Below, in pieces: positions 28,817 through 32,000 of a stretch of DNA of 32,000 nt. A model generated the notes under the pieces. That model was not told the origin of the DNA, searched no databases, and was given only the letters and a program-made list of their open reading frames with translations. Source of the stretch: Candidatus Karelsulcia muelleri (GTDB taxonomy: Bacteria > Bacteroidota > Bacteroidia > Flavobacteriales > Blattabacteriaceae); contig NZ_CP069423.1 in NCBI RefSeq assembly GCF_016888765.1, forward strand, positions 1 to 32,000. The letters are read 5' to 3'. Made by a program: the position numbers and the translations under genes. How positions within the stretch are numbered: the first letter of the stretch is position 1; each line of letters opens with the position of its first letter.

Positions 28817-30079
28817 ATGAAAACAGAAAAGAAAAAAGCTTTATCCTATCATAGGAAATATCCAGCTGGAAAAATTAAAATAATTCCAAGTAAAAAATTT
28901 TACTCCCCTAAATATTTATCTTATGCTTATTCACCAGGAGTAGCCGAACCATGTAAAGAAATAATTAAGAATAAAAACAAAGTATATAAATACACAAATA
29001 AAAACAACTTAGTGGGAGTTATTACTAATGGGACGGCTGTCTTAAGTTTAGGTGATATTGGACCAAAAGCATCTAAACCAGTAATGGAAGGAAAAGCATT
29101 ATTATTTAAAATTTTTGCTGATATAGATGTTTTTGATTTAGAAATTAAGGAAAAAGACCCCAAAAAGTTTATTGAAATTGTAAAATCAATTTCCTCTACC
29201 TTTGGAGGTATAAATTTAGAAGATATTAAATCTCCTGAAGCTTTCCAAATAGAAAAAGAATTAAAAAAAATAAAGATTCCAGTAATGCATGATGATCAAC
29301 ATGGAACTGCAATAATTTCCGGTGCGGCATTAATTAATGCTTTAGAATTAGTAAATAAAAAAATAGAAAATATTAAAATGGTTATTAATGGGGCGGGTGC
29401 GGCTGCCATTTCTTGTGGCAGAATTTATAAGAAACTTGGGGTTAAACACATTTTTATGTGTGATAGTCACGGAGTACTAAATAATAGTAGAACAAATTTG
29501 ACAAAAGAAAAATTAGAATTTTGTGTTAAAACTTCTTATACAAAATTAGAAGAAATAATTATCAATTCTGATGTATTTATTGGTTTATCTGTTGGGAATA
29601 TATTAACAAAAAAAATGTTAAGGAGTATGTCGAGGAACCCTATAATATTTGCTTTAGCAAATCCAAATCCAGAAATTAAATACCACAAAGCTCTAAAAAC
29701 ACGTTCAGATATTATTATAGCAACTGGTAGAAGTGATTATCCAAATCAAGTAAATAATGCTTTATGTTTTCCTTATATCTTTAGAGGAGCTTTAGATGTT
29801 AAGGCAACCTCAATAAATGAAGACATGAAATTAGCAGCTCTCTATGCACTAGCTAAGATAGCTAAAGAACCTGTACCTAAAAAAATAAGTCTTCTATATA
29901 ATGAAAACAAGCTTAAATTTGGGAAAAATTATATAATTCCTAAACCATTTGATCCTCGGCTTATGGTAAACGTGTCTATTGCTGTTGCCAAGGCTGCCAT
30001 TAAATCAGGTGTAGCTAAAAAGAAAATAAATAATTGGAAAAAATATTTTGCTGAATTAAAAAGTAGAATCATTATTTAA
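28817..30079 (+). CDS. maeB: NADP-dependent malic enzyme (malic domain only)
   Basis: SYAYSPGVAEPCKEI, GVITNGTAVLSLGDIGPKASKPVMEGKA, VMHDDQHGTAIISGAAL, INGAGAAAISC; ORF ends at 420 aa. Confidence 0.93.
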   Translation: MKTEKKKALSYHRKYPAGKIKIIPSKKFYSPKYLSYAYSPGVAEPCKEIIKNKNKVYKYTNKNNLVGVITNGTAVLSLGDIGPKASKPVMEGKALLFKIFADIDVFDLEIKEKDPKKFIEIVKSISSTFGGINLEDIKSPEAFQIEKELKKIKIPVMHDDQHGTAIISGAALINALELVNKKIENIKMVINGAGAAAISCGRIYKKLGVKHIFMCDSHGVLNNSRTNLTKEKLEFCVKTSYTKLEEIIINSDVFIGLSVGNILTKKMLRSMSRNPIIFALANPNPEIKYHKALKTRSDIIIATGRSDYPNQVNNALCFPYIFRGALDVKATSINEDMKLAALYALAKIAKEPVPKKISLLYNENKLKFGKNYIIPKPFDPRLMVNVSIAVAKAAIKSGVAKKKINNWKKYFAELKSRIII

Positions 30080-30091
30080 TTAATTAATTCT

Positions 30092-30172
30092 GGAGAGTTG
30101 CCGGAGTGGTTAACGGAGCAGTTTGCTAAACTGTAGGTTTTTACCTCGTGAGTTCAAATCTCACACTCTCCG
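30092..30172 (+). tRNA. tRNA-Ser(GCT)
   Basis: GGAGAGT/ACTCTCC acceptor, anticodon loop TTGCTAA, variable arm AGGTTTTTACCT, discriminator G. Confidence 0.93.
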
Positions 30173-30179
30173 TAAGTTA

Positions 30180-30254
30180 CGGGATGTGGCGTAGAAAGGT
30201 TATCGCACCTGGTTTGGGACCAGGAGGTCATAGGTTCGAATCCTATCATCCCGA
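30180..30254 (+). tRNA. tRNA-Pro(TGG)
   Basis: CGGGATG/CATCCCG acceptor, CCTGG-TTTGGGA-CCAGG anticodon arm, TTCGAAT T-loop. Confidence 0.95.
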
Positions 30255-30257
30255 TAG

Positions 30258-30330
30258 GGTCACATAGCTCAATGGATAGAGCAAGTGCCTTCTAAGCAGT
30301 AGGTTGCTGGTTCAAATCCAGCTGTGATCA
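30258..30330 (+). tRNA. tRNA-Arg(TCT)
   Basis: GGTCACA/TGTGATC acceptor, AGTGC-CTTCTAA-GCAGT anticodon arm, TTCAAAT T-loop, discriminator A. Confidence 0.94.
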
Positions 30331-31776
30331 TATAAGTAACTTAAAAAGTTGATTCATACTGGTTTCTTTTTTAATTTCCCTCTTTAAATCTTTAATTAAT
30401 ACCCTTTTTTGCAACATTTTATCTCTAAATCTCAGAGTTACACATTTATCTTTTAAAGTTTTGAAATCTATTGTTACACAAATTGGAGTCCCTATAGCAT
30501 CTTGTCTTCTATATCTCTTACCAATAGAATCATTTTCTTCATAGCTTAAAAGAAAATATAATTTCAAGTTTTTATAAATCTCTTTGGCATAAAAAATTAA
30601 CCTTTTGTCTCGTATTAAAGGAAATATAGCCGCTTTAATTGGTGCTAAAGCAGGATTAATTTTTAATATAATTCTTTCTTTTTTTGTGTCTTTAATTGTT
30701 TCCTTTTTTAAAGCAGCAGAAAAAACTGCTAAAAACATCCTATCTAGTCCAATAGAAGTTTCTATTATATATGGAATATAAAATTTGTTTTTTTCTTTAT
30801 CAAAAACTCGAAATCTTTTTTTGCTATATTTTTCATGATTTTTAAGATCGAAATTTGTTCTTGAATGAATCCCTTCTAATTCTTTAAAACCAAAAGGAAA
30901 TTTAAATTGAATATCATATGCCTTTTTAGCATAATGTGCTAATTGTTCATGTTCATAAAATATATATTTTTTTTCACCTAAACCTAGGGATAAATGCCAT
31001 TTTAAACGTTTTTTTTTCCAGTATTCCAACCATTTCTCTTCCTGTTTAGGAGGAATAAAAAATTGCATTTCCATTTGTTCAAATTCTCGCATTCTAAAAA
31101 GAAATTGTCTAGCTATTATTTCCTTTCTAAACACTTTTCCTATTTGAGCTATACCAAATGGTATTTTAATTTTACTAGTATTTAGGACATTTAAAAAATT
31201 GGTAATAATTCCTTGTGCTGTTTCTGGACGTAAATAAAAATTTTTATGTTCTTTTAATGGTATTTTGAACATTAAATTATACTCATATATTTTAGTCCAT
31301 TTATTTAAAATTTTATTTATTTTAATTTTATTTATTAATATTAATATTTTATAGTTTTCATTTAGTTGAAATTTTTTATATATATATTTTCTAAGTTTAT
31401 TTTTAAGCTGTTTTTCTTTATTTCTAAGCTGTTTTTCTTTAAAATAAATGTCGATTAAGAAATCAAGTCGGTAACTAGATTTAGTATCTTCATTATATAA
31501 AAAGATTTCTTTGAATTTAGAAACATGACCTGAAGCTTTCCAGATATTAGGATGCATTAATATACTAGTATCCAATCCAATTATATTTTCATTAATTTGT
31601 ATCATTGATTTCCACCAGTATTCTTTAATATTATTTTTTAAATAGATTCCATATTGACCATAATCATAAATCGCATTTATGCCATCATAGATTTCACTAC
31701 TAGGAAAAACAAAGCCATATTGTTTTGCATGTGATACAATTTCTTTAAAAGAAATTTTCTTATTTTTATTTTTCAT
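30328..31776 (-). CDS. glyS: Glycine--tRNA ligase (single-chain alpha2 type)
   Basis: [68 protein letters not shown]. Confidence 0.96.
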   Translation of the reverse strand: MKNKNKKISFKEIVSHAKQYGFVFPSSEIYDGINAIYDYGQYGIYLKNNIKEYWWKSMIQINENIIGLDTSILMHPNIWKASGHVSKFKEIFLYNEDTKSSYRLDFLIDIYFKEKQLRNKEKQLKNKLRKYIYKKFQLNENYKILILINKIKINKILNKWTKIYEYNLMFKIPLKEHKNFYLRPETAQGIITNFLNVLNTSKIKIPFGIAQIGKVFRKEIIARQFLFRMREFEQMEMQFFIPPKQEEKWLEYWKKKRLKWHLSLGLGEKKYIFYEHEQLAHYAKKAYDIQFKFPFGFKELEGIHSRTNFDLKNHEKYSKKRFRVFDKEKNKFYIPYIIETSIGLDRMFLAVFSAALKKETIKDTKKERIILKINPALAPIKAAIFPLIRDKRLIFYAKEIYKNLKLYFLLSYEENDSIGKRYRRQDAIGTPICVTIDFKTLKDKCVTLRFRDKMLQKRVLIKDLKREIKKETSMNQLFKLLI

Positions 31777-31975
31777 GATTTTTATTTTTATACTTTTTTA
31801 TACAATTAACTGGACAGACTGCCACACATTGAGGCTTTTCAGATTTCCCAATACATTCAGTACATTTCTCTGGTACTATAAAATACCTATTCTCTTTACT
31901 TTCATAAATTGCATTATTTGGACATTCTAATTCACAAGCTCCACAATTTATACATTCATTAGTAATTTTATACAT
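31766..31975 (-). CDS. 2[4Fe-4S] ferredoxin; may extend past the window edge
   Basis: [12 protein letters not shown] and [22 protein letters not shown] cysteine spacing. The frame stays open upstream to the window end. Confidence 0.9.
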   Translation of the reverse strand: MYKITNECINCGACELECPNNAIYESKENRYFIVPEKCTECIGKSEKPQCVAVCPVNCIKKYKNKNHEK

Positions 31976-32000
31976 TCCATTACATTCATTAGTAATTTTA
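31951..32000 (-). repeat. 30-bp-period direct repeat at the ferredoxin 5' end
   Basis: tacattcattagtaatttta at both 31951-31970 and 31981-32000, separated by tacattccat. Confidence 0.95.

Noticed and set aside
28927-29163. Minus-strand ORF of 78 aa
   Set aside because: It is antisense to the conserved malic enzyme core.

Overview
Gene-dense, strongly AT-rich window that looks like part of a highly reduced Bacteroidota (Flavobacteriia-like) endosymbiont chromosome. The family-level clues are gene order, protein styles and tmRNA tag; the species is not determinable from sequence alone. Most of the window is translation machinery. It carries seven aminoacyl-tRNA synthetases (valS, ileS, glnS, gltX, asnS, trpS, glyS), ribosomal proteins S1, bL25, bL9, bS18, bS6, bL27 and bL21, and prfA, frr, rsfS, rsmA, ybeY, mnmG and der. 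It also has rho, dnaN, a delta' clamp-loader subunit, lipB/lipA, a malic enzyme and a 2[4Fe-4S] ferredoxin. RNA genes are eight tRNAs plus one degraded tRNA-Leu(CAA)-like element, and a compact tmRNA. I found no CRISPR array, phage, transposon, toxin/defence module or secondary-metabolite locus, and no convincing new multi-gene system. The best second-look items are degenerative or structural: a tandemly repeated initiator-tRNA 3' end, a 48-codon lepA relic, a truncated/pseudo tRNA-Leu(CAA) next to an intact tRNA-Leu(TAG), a very short tmRNA with an unusual tag, a zinc-ribbon protein that has lost its cysteines, a PTA-less malic enzyme, a shortened S1, two small unannotated ORFs, and several short in-frame tandem duplications, including one at the 5' end of the ferredoxin gene.
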